Part shown: piece after piece, positions 37,309-51,389 of the stretch
Position numbering within the stretch: position 1 is the first letter of the stretch
How the letters are laid out: every line of letters begins with the position of its first letter
Assembly (NCBI GenBank): GCA_951406725.2
Contig: OX597822.1
Span: 66,712,001 to 66,776,000, forward strand
DNA from: Octopus vulgaris
Taxonomy: Eukaryota
DNA length: 64,000 bases
Direction: 5' to 3'
Notes under the pieces: model-generated
The model's input: the letters and a program-made list of their open reading frames with translations, nothing else
Databases searched by the model: none
Told to the model about the DNA's origin: nothing
Translations under genes and position numbers: made by a program

Positions 37309-38168
37309 TTGGGTTGTCCGGAAAGTTCATGCTGATCCTTAAAGGAAAGAAAAAGGTCAATAAATACTTACCATTACATTTTTAATCGACCAAATATTTA
37401 CAATTTTGTTGCACAATGCGTCTCCATCTTTCCTTTAACTTGAAAATACCCTCTTCCCAGAATTGATAGGATTTCATGGCATAAAATTCATCAAGGTATC
37501 TTTTTACGTCATCCAAGGAATTGATATTTTTACTTTTAACACTATTCTGCAGAGACCTGAATAAGTGGAAATCCGAAGGAACATTATCTGATGAATATGG
37601 TGGGTGGAATAACACATCCCAGCGGAGTTGCAAAAATTCTTGTCTGGTTCCCAAAGCATCAAGTGCCGAAAATGAACGTTCTTATCTTCTATTTTAAAGG
37701 GTTACGGAATTCACACAGGTTATAGGAATATAAACCTTCTTCCACGAAACGATAGCTTAAACTGTGCTCTAAATTGAGGTGTAGTCAAATCCTATTTTAT
37801 GGACTGAACTATGTTCTAAAATAAGTCGAAAGTTCACTGTGATCACCGTGACCGACCAAACTATCAGATGTTGCCACGCATCGCTGGTCACAGTGCGCTT
37901 CGCATTGTTTTTGCCTTCAAATGACGCCACCTGCTAAGCAAGCAGGCCAACAGAAGAAAGAGTACAGCAGGGATCGCCACCACCCCCTGCCGGAGCCTCG
38001 TAGATCTTTAGGTGTTTTCGCTCAATAAACACTCACAACGCCCGGTCTGGGAGTCGAAACCGCGATCGTACGATCACGAGTCCGATGCGTTAACCACTGG
38101 GCCATTGCGCATCCACAAGCCGAAAGGTAAGCTACTATAAATCGGCACAAACTGTCCGGACAACCCAA
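37309..38168 (-). mobile_element. Mariner deletion derivative containing a SINE C insertion
   Basis: TA|TTGGGTTGTCCGGAAAGTTC ... TCCGGACAACCCAA|TA; ORF 37382..37654 with HPPYSSDNVPSDFHLF (YSPDLAPSD motif). Confidence 0.92.
37833..38116 (-). mobile_element. SINE family C (tail type 2) with ~10-bp TSD
   Basis: Flanked by AAGTCGAAAG (37823-37832) and AAGCCGAAAG (38117-38126). Confidence 0.88.
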
Positions 38169-40347
38169 TATTATAATACTTGCTATATTTAGTTTCATTT
38201 CATGACGATTCTATTCGTAGTCGGTGGGAAAACTTTGATCCCTTACTATAATCAAATATCACTAACTCTCCTACGGCTCTCTGGCAGTGTTGTGATTTTC
38301 TTTCTCTAATTACATTCTGTTAATCATTCGTATGTTATTCACGTAGGTACTCTTATTGCAATTGACTTGGCGTGGCATTGTGATATGCTATATTGGGTTT
38401 AATTTAGCTGCTTCAGAATTTAAGTCCAAATTTCCGTTTTCCTTTTAACTTTCGTCTGATGTTTTTACTTGTTAGTATTGCTTAGGATTGACTTAGAAAA
38501 CTGGCTCTAGACATTACCTACAACATTTCCGTTCTTTGAAAATGTTCATAAACTTTAAAAAAAAAACTTCTTTTTTGTAGAAATTCTATGAGAAACATAG
38601 AAAACCTCCATTTGCATTATCCAAGGATATTCTATTAGTAAATAGCAATGTAGTATATTAAAATTGCAATGCTTTGATTTCATTTCTATGAGTACCTGTA
38701 AAGTTGTTTCATATGGTACATGGCGTACTTTGTGTCTTTGTATGAAAATCCAATTGACAAAATGTCCCTTTGTACTTTGCAATCGGTTTCTTTTGTATAA
38801 CATTGTTTATCTTCAAAAATCTTGTGAATGTAACTAAATAAGGTACAAAAATGTTCGTCTAAGTTCCTAAATACAATAGCAACAGCATAATGCTGTTACT
38901 ACTGTTGCATAGACACATATAAGCTTTGATCGTGCAATCGTATAATCAAAAGTATTCCCGCCATGAACACCCAGTCTTTTTACATTTTTAAGTTTACCCT
39001 TTATCTAATGTGTTGACCCGCATTTTAGACACAAACCTGAGTTAAGATAGTGTGACAGACCGAAAATGTAGCGGTTGTCTCATTAGGTTAAATATCACTT
39101 TGAATTTTGTAAAATGTTCATTCCGTCTCATTGATTCTACAAGGTGAGTTAAGTATCTGGATGGTTATAAAGCTTCAATGAGGTGAGTTCCTTCTCATTG
39201 ATCTATGCGTTCAACTGAACTAAGTACTCTTTGAATTAGTTTGTGAATGGTTGAGTCTACACTTAACGTAATTCTCATAAACAAAATGTGTGATACATTG
39301 GATTCTTTTATTACTGATATACAACGTGTGATAAGCAGTAAGCAATGAATGTAATTACAAATATTTACCTTACACTGTCTCTAAAAGCAGACAGTTACTT
39401 AAATTACTCGTGGAACGTACAAGGCGGAAAGAAAATCTTACTAAATTCGATGCGCCAAGCAACATAAATAAACATCCCCTGCGTACATTGTTAGTCTGCT
39501 ACACTCCCTCTACTCACACTCTCACAAGGCTTAGATAGCCGTGCAACTAAATAGCCACACCGTAGAATCGAACCTGGATCTCTTCTATTAGGTAGTGGAT
39601 TTCATACGCGGTCTTAAATATATAATACACACAATAGTGTTCGTCCGTCGTTTTCGACATGAGACATCATATGGGAGAGAAAGATGGGGCATACGGCGTC
39701 CGGTTGTGGCTGTTGAGGTCGATGCTTCCTCGGAAGGTTCTACCGCAGGTCGGAGCCTCGTGGTCTGCTGGAAATTAAGGTACACACATAAGTGTACTTG
39801 TATATATTACAAGAAAATAAGTGGAGAATATCCTGTTCTGCTTTACATATACGGTCAAATTGCTTAATTTTCGAAACCTCTCACTTTGAGAAATCCCTGA
39901 CAAAATTCAAAGTTTTTGAAATCAGTATTTTTCCTATTCATGTCTTTCTGTCAACTATGGCTCTGATAGAAATGATAACAAATAAAATTAAAATTCTATT
40001 ACTAGTAATAACAAATGTACTTGAACACGTTTCAGTAACTTTCGAATTACAAGAAGATATTTCATTAAATACACATTAGCAAACAGCCACGTAGGTCTAA
40101 TTTAATACAAGCTGACATCAGAGGAATTCAGAAATATGTGTTTATGTCCAACATATCAAAAATCTATAACATGCTTCTTAATTAGATTCCTTATTTTGCG
40201 CAACATTTATTACTTTTAATAACATGCTAATTAAATTTTGTATGAAGTTTATTATTTATTGAGGCAAAGTCATTTCGGCTTAATGCACTAATTAATAGAT
40301 TAAGATTATACTCATGTATTCTCTCAATAGACTAGATTTTCACTATA

Positions 40348-40396
<49 letters not shown>

Positions 40397-40629
40397 ATAA
40401 TGCACTCCACAGCTCGGATTCAATGTACTGATATAAATTTCAGTATTACATACCGTGAGTTGTGATTATGTACTTATGTACTGAAGGAATGTAAACACAC
40501 CCTCTCTGATTCTACATTTGAAAGAACCATTCTACTTATTCTACTTACTGTGAATCCACTATTCTGAGAATTGTACTCCATCTCCTTCTTCAATCGATGG
40601 TACGAAACATTCACAGACTTAAACATATA

Positions 40630-40935
40630 ACAATTGAAGTGTGGAAGATGTTTATAAGCGATTGAAGAAGCATACAAAAACCGTTAGATTCACTTCAACA
40701 TTTAAATTTAATTTGCCAAATATTTTCGTCGATTTGAGACCGCGACCTGTTCACTGACCAAATCCTGTGCTGCATCACGGAAGTGACGAAAATATTAAAT
40801 TAAATTTAAATGTTGAAGTGAATCTAACGGATTTTGTGTGTTTTTTTATATGGCTTATAAGCACCTTCCACGCTGCATTTGTTTTCGTTCCAGTACACGA
40901 TTTTAGATCAGGTCACTTGCTATGCAAGTACATCT
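40630..40935. mobile_element. Imperfect fold-back element with hammerhead-like motif
   Basis: 40681-40714 is the exact reverse complement of 40797-40830; looser symmetry extends to ~40630/40880. Confidence 0.75.
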
Positions 40936-43546
40936 TAAACATATGATGTAGCGCAGAATCTAGCTACCATTGTGATGGATTTATTAATTTGAACATTTAT
41001 GCTTTACAATGCTTCTGAGTAATTAACTATTATATATTTTATGAAGAACACTTTAAAGACAAAATGCTGTGTTACTCTGAACTGTATCCTAAATGTGATC
41101 ACCGAAAGTAAAAGCGGTATTTGATATACAATGAAGAAAGTCCAGCAGTAACGTGGAGATTCACTTAAAGTTTCTGCTCTCTGTGTCGAAAACGATAGAG
41201 GAGAAGAGAGAGCAGTGATAAGAACAGAATCTGAACAGCAATAATGCAACCACGAAACACGATTCTTGTGGTTATTGGAGGCCTTAATGTCGTCAATTCA
41301 GGAATAGCCGAAACATTCGCCTCGTTTTCCGTTCTCGAATATGAATCTAGTAAACCAAAGACTTCAATCCACATCATTGCCTTGCGACTGTTGAGATGAA
41401 AATGAGGCTGGAGACGTGTGGCAAAATGTCACGAAAGATAGAGCAGCATGATTCAATTGGTCTCAAAGAAAAATCGTGTGGTAAACAAACCGAAGGGCTA
41501 AACCCCCAACTCTAACTGACCTCAATAATTTTATTCTAACCCAGCAGAAAAACGAATCTTTCAATATCTTTGTTAAATGCTTAATGGTGAACAAGTACGT
41601 GTTTCTAAATGGTAAGTGTTAGTAATGAAGCACTGGCGCTCTCATTTAGGTGATCCAGATTCCATGTTGAAGTGCTGACGTCAACTGATGACTAGTTATG
41701 AAATCTAAAAAATAAAATAAAATAAACAAAACCAAAAAAATCTTATTAGAAAAAAGCAATAAAAGAACCTTAGTACAACCAATAAAAACCGAAAATAATT
41801 GTGGTATGTATCGGTTTTCTGTCTCAAAACAGAAGTTGTTAAAATTGTCGCTTTGAAGGAAAGTGGCCGAACAGAAATGTGGAGTGCTCCTACCAGACTT
41901 AGCCAATGGTTTTCTCGACTTCATCTTCTATTTCAGTCTTCACGTTTTATAACTTAATCATATACATAATGTACTTTTGTATTTTATCCACTTAATCTAT
42001 GGATATAAAATTAACTTTTGCCCACTCTTAGATTTATAAGCATCGCAGGATGCACTTTTCATAACCAGAATAATACTAATACTGTCGGTTTTGTTATAGT
42101 TGCATTAGCAGCAGCAGTAGCAGTAGGAGGAGGATGAAGTGGGGAGGAGAATGGGGAAGGGAGAGAGTGAAGGAGGAAAGGAGGTGGAGATGTGAGGAGG
42201 AGGGGGTAGGAAAAGCAGCAGCAGCGTCGTCGTTTGCTTTGTTAGTGGTAGTTGTAAAGAAAGTTGGGTTCGTGATATTCATGCTAAAACTTATAGCGAC
42301 GGTACTATTAGAGGCGACAGTTGTTCTTGTGTAAGTCGCAGCAGCAGCAGCGGTAGTAGTAGCCTATTAACTGCAAGACGAAAAAAAACAACAAATGTTA
42401 TGGTTTGTTATAAATCTTCTAATTTTTTTACTTTCTTAGGTTGTCATATTTCTTTTTTATTCTTTCCTCTGTTATTTGTTAATGATTATAAAGCAAACGT
42501 GAGGAAATCAATGGCAGTTGATTTAGAAGCGTGAATCTTTCTCCATGTTATAGCAATGAATGCGTTATATGAGTCTTAGGTAGCGAAACGTTCGCCAACA
42601 GTTGTTTGAGAGACGAATAGGAGAAGAATATCTTAAATTAATTAATGAAATTTCCTTCATACTTACATAAAATATAACTTCGAAAAATAATGATGTGAAG
42701 TGAACACTGTAACTCTATCCTCTTAAATCACACCCAGTTGGAATTTAATTCTATGGGAAACGATATTTAAGTATCTATCATGTGGTCGACAAAATTTAAT
42801 TAAAGTCTGTATCGCATTTTCTCTGTGTGCTTGCAATTGAATAAATCCCAGCGTCACGTTGATCATGTTAGCTTGAAATCCTGCTAGCTTTCAGAAAACC
42901 TCAATAAAAAGAGATATTTGATAAAGAAAGACCAGTGAATTATTTCACTTGTTATGGTTATTTAAATCGTATATAGTTAAAGCAACGAATAGTTTGAGAT
43001 CTCGTAATTACATTTATGTATTTTATAATGTTATAAGACACACATAAATGCACGCCGTTTCTGCACTCGTTCATAAACACACAGTACCACACGCAGACAG
43101 ACACACGTACATACCATGCACACAAACGTAAACCTTTTGTATATAGACATATACATACACACATCTTGACGATTACTCAAATCTTGCATGGCAACAAGTA
43201 TTTAGGTTGAGTTAGTTTGTTTATGGAAAGTATTCTCTTATAATATTCTTAAACTATTGCCATGAATATATAGAAAGACAAAATAATTCTGATATTATAT
43301 AGGTCGAATAAGAATCCTTAGAAATGATTATGTTTACAATTATATGTATGGAACAATGGTATACTTATTGTATGATTGGCCAAACTGAAGCATACATTTC
43401 CTACATTGTGTTAATAGAGGATAATGCAGTTTTTCTATCATTTCTGAAATTGGTAATTTGAAATTATTTTAGACTATTACTCTTAAAGGTGCTACATTCC
43501 ACCCAAGCGATCATCAATAGATACAGTTCTATCTGCAATTAATGTA

Positions 43547-44112
43547 TTGGGTTGTCCGGAAAGTTCGTGCCGATTTATAGTAGCTTAAATTCCCACTTAT
43601 TTTAGAATACGGTTGAGTCCATAAAATAGGATTTGACTACACCTCCATTTAGAGCACAGTTTAAGCTATCTTTTCGTGGAAGAAGCTTTATGTTCCTATA
43701 ACCTGTATTAATTATGTAACCCTTTAAAATGGAAGATAAGAAAGTTCATTTTCGACATTTGATGATTTAGGAACCAGACAAACATTGCTGCAGCTCGGCT
43801 GGGATGTGTTACCTCATTCTCCATATTCACCAAATATTGCTCCTTCGGACTTCCACTTATTCAGGTATCTGCAGAATAGTCTTAATGGTAAAAATTTGAA
43901 TTCCTTGGATGACGTAAAAAGATACGTTGATGAATTTTTTGCCATGAAATCCCATCAATTCTGGGAAGAGGGTATTTTCAAGTTAAAGGAAAGATGGAAA
44001 CGCATTGTGCAACAAAATGGTTCATATTTGGTTGGTTAAAAATGTAATGGCAAGTATTTATTGACCTTTTTCTTTCCTTTAAAAACCAGCACGAACTTTC
44101 CAGACAACTGAA
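43547..44112 (+). mobile_element. Mariner deletion derivative (same family as 37309-38168)
   Basis: TA|TTGGGTTGTCCGGAAAGTTCGTGC ... GCACGAACTTTCCAGACAACTGAA|TA; ORF 43785..44039 with HSPYSPNIAPSDFHLF. Confidence 0.92.
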
Positions 44113-46154
44113 TATTTTAGTTTAATGGAGATAATGCGAAATTTAATATACATTTTGGCGGCATTAAGACGTTATACAAATACAGCTATTAGAGACGTTA
44201 TCTGTGTCTACACAGTTAGTAAACATTGAGAAAAATCGTTAATCTATAATCTACATTCTTTCACGTATACCCTTTAGATAAACGAAGACATAAAGCTATA
44301 TACCAATCGGTTTTCTGTATATATGATGTAAACTAATCCAAATACTTCAGTTTCGGGAAAGAAAAACATATTTTCCTTACATGTTACCAATGTAATTTTC
44401 TACAATACATAAACTAAATAACTAAATAAGATACATACCAACACGAAAACATACATCAAAAGATCTTTATCAAGTAAGAATCAAACATAGAATTTGTCAG
44501 TCCACAATCATACAGAGAACGAGTTAGAAGATAAGAAAATAATAGAAAGGAAATTACTAACTAAATTGTTTTCCCGCTACGACGTTATACGTTCAAAATG
44601 TCCTCATAGTTTCAATTCCCTAGGGCCATTGCTACATGAGGGTATTTCATATTTACAAGATCAAATGGAAAAAGTTAATTGCCATATGCTTGCGATTGAG
44701 GATGTTAAACTACGTAATTTCGTATTTATTGCACAAAAAATGCAGCTAAACTGCGCTCCATAAATATTACTTGGGGTTTATGATACATTTACACGCACAG
44801 ACGCACAGAAACGTTCTCATAGCATGAACATCCAGTATTTAGTTCTGAACGGACCCCTTTTTTTTCCATTTTCAACAGGCTCCGGCAAAATTCATATATG
44901 AATGCAACTGGTGCGCCTCTACTCCATCAGAAATAGCAACTAAATATAGCTCAAATATTATCCTTCCTTTGTTTGTTTCGTGTCATGATGCAATAGATGT
45001 GGCGATAAATATAATGCACAGCCTAAGAAAATATAAATAAACGTTCAAGGATACGCAATAACAATAAATAGAATATCCGCTCCGCAATATCTACAAAAAC
45101 TATGGGATGTCAAAGAACTAACAACAATTTATATACATTATATGATCTCGGATGTAAGTATACCACAGTAAGAGACATTCATCAAAACAGATTCATCAAA
45201 GCTGTCTCATTCACCGAATACCAAATATAGGATGACGCACTGAGCGGTAAAGTTGTTGGCATTGCTTCTCTAAAGAACACAGGAAATTAGTAAGAACCAT
45301 CGAACGATTGCTAGAATATCTACACACTGTTCCAATAACACTATATTCTGATCTAACAAGTACAGAAGCACAGAAAACAACGCATATGCACACACTCGAA
45401 ATCATTCGCATAAATACAACCATACATTGATGGACGGGCGAAAACATCAAAATCTCGTGTTAAACAAGCGTAAATTACGTAGATGAATCAATCTGATTAT
45501 ATGTCTGAGATTATCCTTCACTCAGATTGCTATGACTTCTCTGAATATTGCCTTCTCTGAATATTGCATTAAACAATGCGAAGATATTATATAATATGTA
45601 TATAATACCTAGCGAAATAGATATCATTTCATATTTCGATTTCAGTATTATTCATATATATACGTATATATATGCATAATTATATGTAGATATGTGTGTG
45701 TGTGTGTGTGTATGCATATGGATGTGTGCGTGTGAATGTGCGTATACATATAAGGAGAGTTTACGAAAAAACCAAAGGACGAAGACGGGTGGTGTACAAA
45801 ACAGATGTATTAGGATCACTGGACTCTATTCTTGATGCGTATACATATATACGTATGTATATATATTTGTATATATATACATATGTATATATATGTATGT
45901 ATACATATATGTAAGTATTATATATGTATGTATATATGTATGTACATATATATATGTATGTATACATATATGTAAGTATTATATATGTATGTATATATGT
46001 ATGTACATATATATATGTATATAAATATATATGTATGTATGTACATACATATATATATGTACCCCCTCTGTATTTAGCCCCTTGTGGTCAGTAAAGAAAT
46101 ATATGTACGTGCATATATATATATATATATATATACATGCATACATATTTACAT

Positions 46155-46315
46155 GCAGGAGTGGCTGTGTGGTAAGTAGCTTGCTAACCAACCACATGGT
46201 TCTGGGTCCAGTCCCACTTCGTGGCATCTTGGGCTAGTGTCTTCTGCTATAGCCCCGGGCCGACCAATGCCTTGTGAGTGGATTTGGTAAACGGAAACTG
46301 AAAGAAGCCTGTCGT

Positions 46316-46370
<55 letters not shown>

Positions 46371-46580
46371 AGTATGTGTGTGTCTGTGTTTGTCCCCCTA
46401 GCATTGCTTGACAAACCGATGCTGGTGTGTTTATGTCCCCGTCAGTTAGCGGTTCGGCTAAAAGAGACCGATAGAATAAGTACTGGGCTTACAAAGAATA
46501 AGTCCCGGGGTCGATTTGTTCGACTAAAGGCGGTGCTCCAGCATAGCCGCAGCCAAATGACTGAAACAAGTAAAAGAAAA
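46155..46580 (+). mobile_element. SINE family A, full length
   Basis: Complete head, internal (TA)n and tail. Confidence 0.92.
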
Positions 46581-47521
46581 ATAAGAAAAGAATATATACA
46601 CTGAAAGTGTTAAACGGATAGATTGATAGACAGTTACATACATACATACATGCATATATACATACATACATACATACATACATACATACATACATAGAAA
46701 ACTTATATGATTATGTATGCACATGTAGGTATGAAGGGTGTGCGACCATTTATTTATATATAACAGTGTATATCGCTGCGCATTTCTCTTTGTGTAGGTG
46801 TGTATGAGCTTTTGTGCTCTTCCCTTTGAATGGCTGTGAATGGAATGCTGAATTTGACTTACGTTTTTTTTTTTCCTTTTTTAAATCTCAAAGACTGACT
46901 ACCGCATAGCACTATAAACACTTTAACATATATATTACTTTTAGAAAAAATGTTTTATTTAAACGAAATATATACGTATTTCTAAGTCAGGAAACTATAG
47001 ACTATTGATTTCCGGGCATATTGGTTCCTTATAAAGTAAACCAATACTAGACATTCTAAAAATAAGAAATTTATGTAAATTGTCAAGAAAATATTAAGAA
47101 AGGAAATGATGATATACAATGCAAAATGGAAGAAAAGATACTCTATAAGAAACACAATCAAAATTTTTTTATGAAACCTGATCAAAAAAAGATTATTTTC
47201 TTGCATAATAATACTATATAATCCAATGGGGATACTTTGAAATGGCGTTTCAGAACTATACACTATACGATTTTATCCACCTATTATGTTTCTCTGCTAA
47301 ATTCTCTTTATCTCTTGATCGTATGTATTTTTCTGTAAACCATCTTTCTAATCGCCAGCCTATTCCGTCTAACTGTTTGTATGTCTTTCTATCTCTCTGT
47401 CTTTCAATCTGTCTATCTTTGTTTTTCTTTTTCCCCTCTCTTGCTCTTTCTCCCCCTCTCAGTCAGTCTCTTTGCCTCAAAGGTACAAACGCTCACAATC
47501 GCAAGCGTATATCTATGCACG

Positions 47522-47754
47522 CTCTTTTACTCTTTTACTTTTTTCAGTCATTTGACTGCGGCCATGCTGGAGCACCGCCTTTTAGTCGAGCAAATCGACC
47601 CCAAGGACTTATTCTTTGTAAGCCTAGTACTTATTCTATCAGTCTCTTTTGCTGAACCGCTAAGTGACGGGGACGTAAACACACCAGCATCGGTTATCGA
47701 GCCCTGTTGGGGGGGGGGGGTCAAAAACACAAACACACACACACACGCACACAC

Positions 47755-47785
<31 letters not shown>

Positions 47786-47945
47786 CGACGGGCTTCTTTC
47801 AGTTTCCGTCTACCAAATCCACTGAAAAGGCTTTGGTCGGCCCGAGGCTATAGTAGAAGACACTTGCCCAAAATGCCACGCAATGGGACTGAACCCGGAA
47901 CCATGTGGTTCGTAAGCAAGCTACTTACCACTCAGCCACTCTTGT
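47522..47945 (-). mobile_element. SINE family A, full length
   Basis: Reverse complement of the family A consensus. Confidence 0.92.
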
Positions 47946-48671
47946 GCCTATACATTCTTATCTACTCTTTGCTCCTCTTAAATCTAACATTACATTTAAT
48001 ATTCTTGTCTGCATTCTCTTTCTCAATTGTCTTGAATTTCGGTACAGATGCACTATTTTCATAAAACAAATACCTTGAAGTTTAACGTTCTTCTACAATG
48101 TTAGTTGAGAACCGTCGGGCATTTGAAATGAAGATGAGCAATGCAACCAAGCTAGGCGGTCATTGTTTGATGATATCGCACAATGACAGACTTGGTCCCA
48201 TCCCAGTGTACGTGCAAATTTTGCCAAATAGCAGGCAGTTAGCGTGTGCACAGTGCAGACGGGACTGTAGTGAGTTATATTTTCTTCCTACATATACATT
48301 TGCAAAAATCAGGATACATCTTCAAATATTTAAAAATGCGCATTCATTTTAACCATCGCTACGCTACATACAAATACATATACAGGAATACGTATAAACG
48401 TTATAATTCATTGATTCACTGATTACGCACCCCGCCCCCACCCCCACCCACACACAAACGCTCACAAACACACGCACACACACATGAATTCTACAAGCTT
48501 TTTTCATGGTCTCTCTCTTTATATTCTCTTATTTCCTTCTGTCGAAGAGGGTAAGTTAGAAATGTAAAAGATTTTTTTTACCCGAGCGTCAAACTAATAC
48601 ACCAACTTGTTCATATAAGTGTCTCCGTCTTTTGTTTTTCTAAAGTTTTCAACTATATTTATATATATATA

Positions 48672-49183
48672 CTAGCAGTATCGCCCGGCGTTGCTCGGGT
48701 TTGTAAGGGAAATAACTATATAAGCATTTTTAGAGAGTTACTTCCCTTATAGATGCCAATTCGGGCTTTCTTAGCCATTTCTGTTTTGGTGTCTTCAAGC
48801 CATGAAGTCGTTGTTCTAAAAGAACGCTGGTCTCCTTGACAACGCTTTACGACGTCGATTTCCTTACACTCCCTTCCCCACAGCTTCACGAGGGAGGGAA
48901 AAAGGGGGAAAAGCAAACAGGTGCAGGTGTGACCATGGACGCCAACTCCGCCGCCATCGACACACGAAAAATTATGCATTAAAATGGAATAAAAATGATG
49001 TTAAATTATTTTTAAAATCGTAGACTCATCGTAGACGCGCGCTAATACTCAGACGGGCTCGATATGAATCACGACTATAAGATACCCGAATTTGGCTAAA
49101 CTGCACCGCAAAATGTGGGAGTAGTTAGGAATCTAAATCGAAGGGGACAGACACTCACACAACTACAGTTTTATATATATAGA
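48672..49183 (-). mobile_element. Non-autonomous Helitron
   Basis: Minus strand A|TCTATATATATAAAACTG ... CCCGAGCAACGCCGGGCGATACTGCTAG|T; 3' ~70 bp shared with 34395-34781, internal part different. Confidence 0.87.
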
Positions 49184-49204
49184 TGTATGTATGTATATAC
49201 ATTT

Positions 49205-49440
49205 ACTTATTTCTGTCATTTGACTGTGGCCATGCTTGAGCACCGCCTGTAGTCGAGCAAATCGACCCCAGGACTTATTCTTTGTAAGCCTTGAACTTAT
49301 TCTATCGGTTTCTTTTGCCGAACCGCTATGTTACAGGGACTAAAACACATCAGCATCGGTTGTCAAGCGATGTTGGGGGGGGGGGACAAACACACAAACA
49401 CAAACATATACACGCACATCCATGCATCCATCCATACATG

Positions 49441-49488
<48 letters not shown>

Positions 49489-49505
49489 TATATATACGGT
49501 CTTCT
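49205..49505 (-). mobile_element. SINE family A, 3' half
   Basis: Tail reverse complement GTCATTTGACTGTGGCCATGCT... Confidence 0.8.
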
Positions 49506-50119
49506 TACCAATTTTGTATAACATTAACTGTTTGAATTGGCACGATATAACAAATAAATGCATATACAATTCCAGGTTAGCAATTTTTCCAAACACAACG
49601 ATTAAATTCCTAGTTTTGGTGAGCATTACGATGATAAATTATATGTTTTGTTATGTATTTAATTAGACGAGGACTTGTATTATATAAACTTTTAATTTCA
49701 AGAGATATTGTCAGAGTTTAATTTTTCACTATTCCTTTGAGTATAAATAATCTACTTTCAAGTTCCTCAAATAATAACTATCATTCGTAAGTTAAGCTGC
49801 CGCCTGTCTTACCTTATAAAATGCGACCATATTTATACACTTAGTCGAAAATCCATGTGAAACATCTGAGATCTTCAAACCCTCCATACGCACATGTAGA
49901 TATTATAATTTCTTCGTTGTTTGTCCTTTCCCGCAATCTTCCGCCATATTCCTGTCTATAATCATATGGGCAAATTATCGAAAATTCTTCTTAATATTTT
50001 GAAAATTCGAGAGATGAAATCATGCTAAATTCTGAACCTGAATGTAAACCTTCTAATAAATATGAAACATTCCAAAAGAGGTAAAATACATGAAATTCTG
50101 CAACATGAACACAATTGTA

Positions 50120-50680
50120 AAGACGCCCTTCGGTCATGAATGACCATGGCATTGCACCTAGAAAGTTACCCTCCAAGGCAAGGTTGTTTATGAAGATCAG
50201 CAGTCGCCCTTGCATACCAGCCTCTTCTCTCCATGCCACTGATGCTATTCAAGGGAAAGGCCAAGGTCAATACATCTTGGTACTAGTGACCCCGCAGCAC
50301 ATCTTTAGTGGTAAGTTAACCGGAGCAACTTGAAATAAAGTGTCTTGCCCAAGAACACAACACACAGCAAGGTCCGGGGATCGAACTCACTACCTCATTA
50401 TTGTGATCCCAACGCTTTTATATATGACCGGGGTAAAAAACCGGTTTCATGACGTATAAGTGACTGAGATTACCATTCTCACCTTCTTGAAGTGGAGAGC
50501 GCTCCGTCGCTAGGTTAACTTCCCAGCTATTACTGGAACTGATTTGCTGTTGAGTTAAATGAAGCAAAGTGAAATGTAGCGTTTTGCTGAAGAAAATAAT
50601 GCGCAAGCCTCTCCGGGAATCGAACTCACTACATCCTGACTGCCCGACGCACTAACCATAGAGCCATGCGCCTTCAGATG
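50120..50680 (-). mobile_element. Two tRNA-derived SINEs with a Meta/V-like core
   Basis: AAGTGTCTTGCCCAAGAACACAAC...CCGGGGATCGAACTC (50120-50420) and CCGGGAATCGAACTC...AACCATAGAGCCATGCGCC (~50530-50675). Confidence 0.65.
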
Positions 50681-51389
50681 CGTCTCTGTGTAAGTGCGGA
50701 TTTCTGTATTTCTGTTTACTATTCATAGGTAATATATTTTGTTTTAGGAGTAGTGATTATTTGATGATATAAATATTTGTAGGCTAACAAATCCCTGGGG
50801 AAGAGTGAAGTCGATAAAATCGATCCCAGTATTAAAAGAGAGATTGTGATATTATGTCAATCGTTTGTGTCGGTCTTCACTGGTTTAAACATGGAGTAAA
50901 CATGGAGTGCCGTAACACGTGTGAATAAATTACCTTATTCACACTGGATTGAACTGAGATTTTGAATAGTAAATTCGCCGTGATGATTTATGAGGCAGCA
51001 ACCAAATTATTAAAATTTTCAGTGCTACAACGCTACGACTTAAGTATTACACAGTGGGCGCAATGTTTTTCTAATGTACAATAAAGGTACTGAACGAATA
51101 GAAGTATTCATCCAAACATAAATTTACGTATAGAAAATATACGCATTTTGTCGATACAGTTGTATTCACCATTTGTTATATAAATCCATTCACCATTTCA
51201 GATCATCACACACGCCTTTGAATATGTACACAAATACGTGCGTGCATACACGCACACACAAACACAAACACACACACACACACACACACACAAACACTCA
51301 CACACACAAACACTTACAAACTCACACACGAACAGGATAATATATACCTACACGTGCATATCTACACATATTTACATATTTTATATCTT

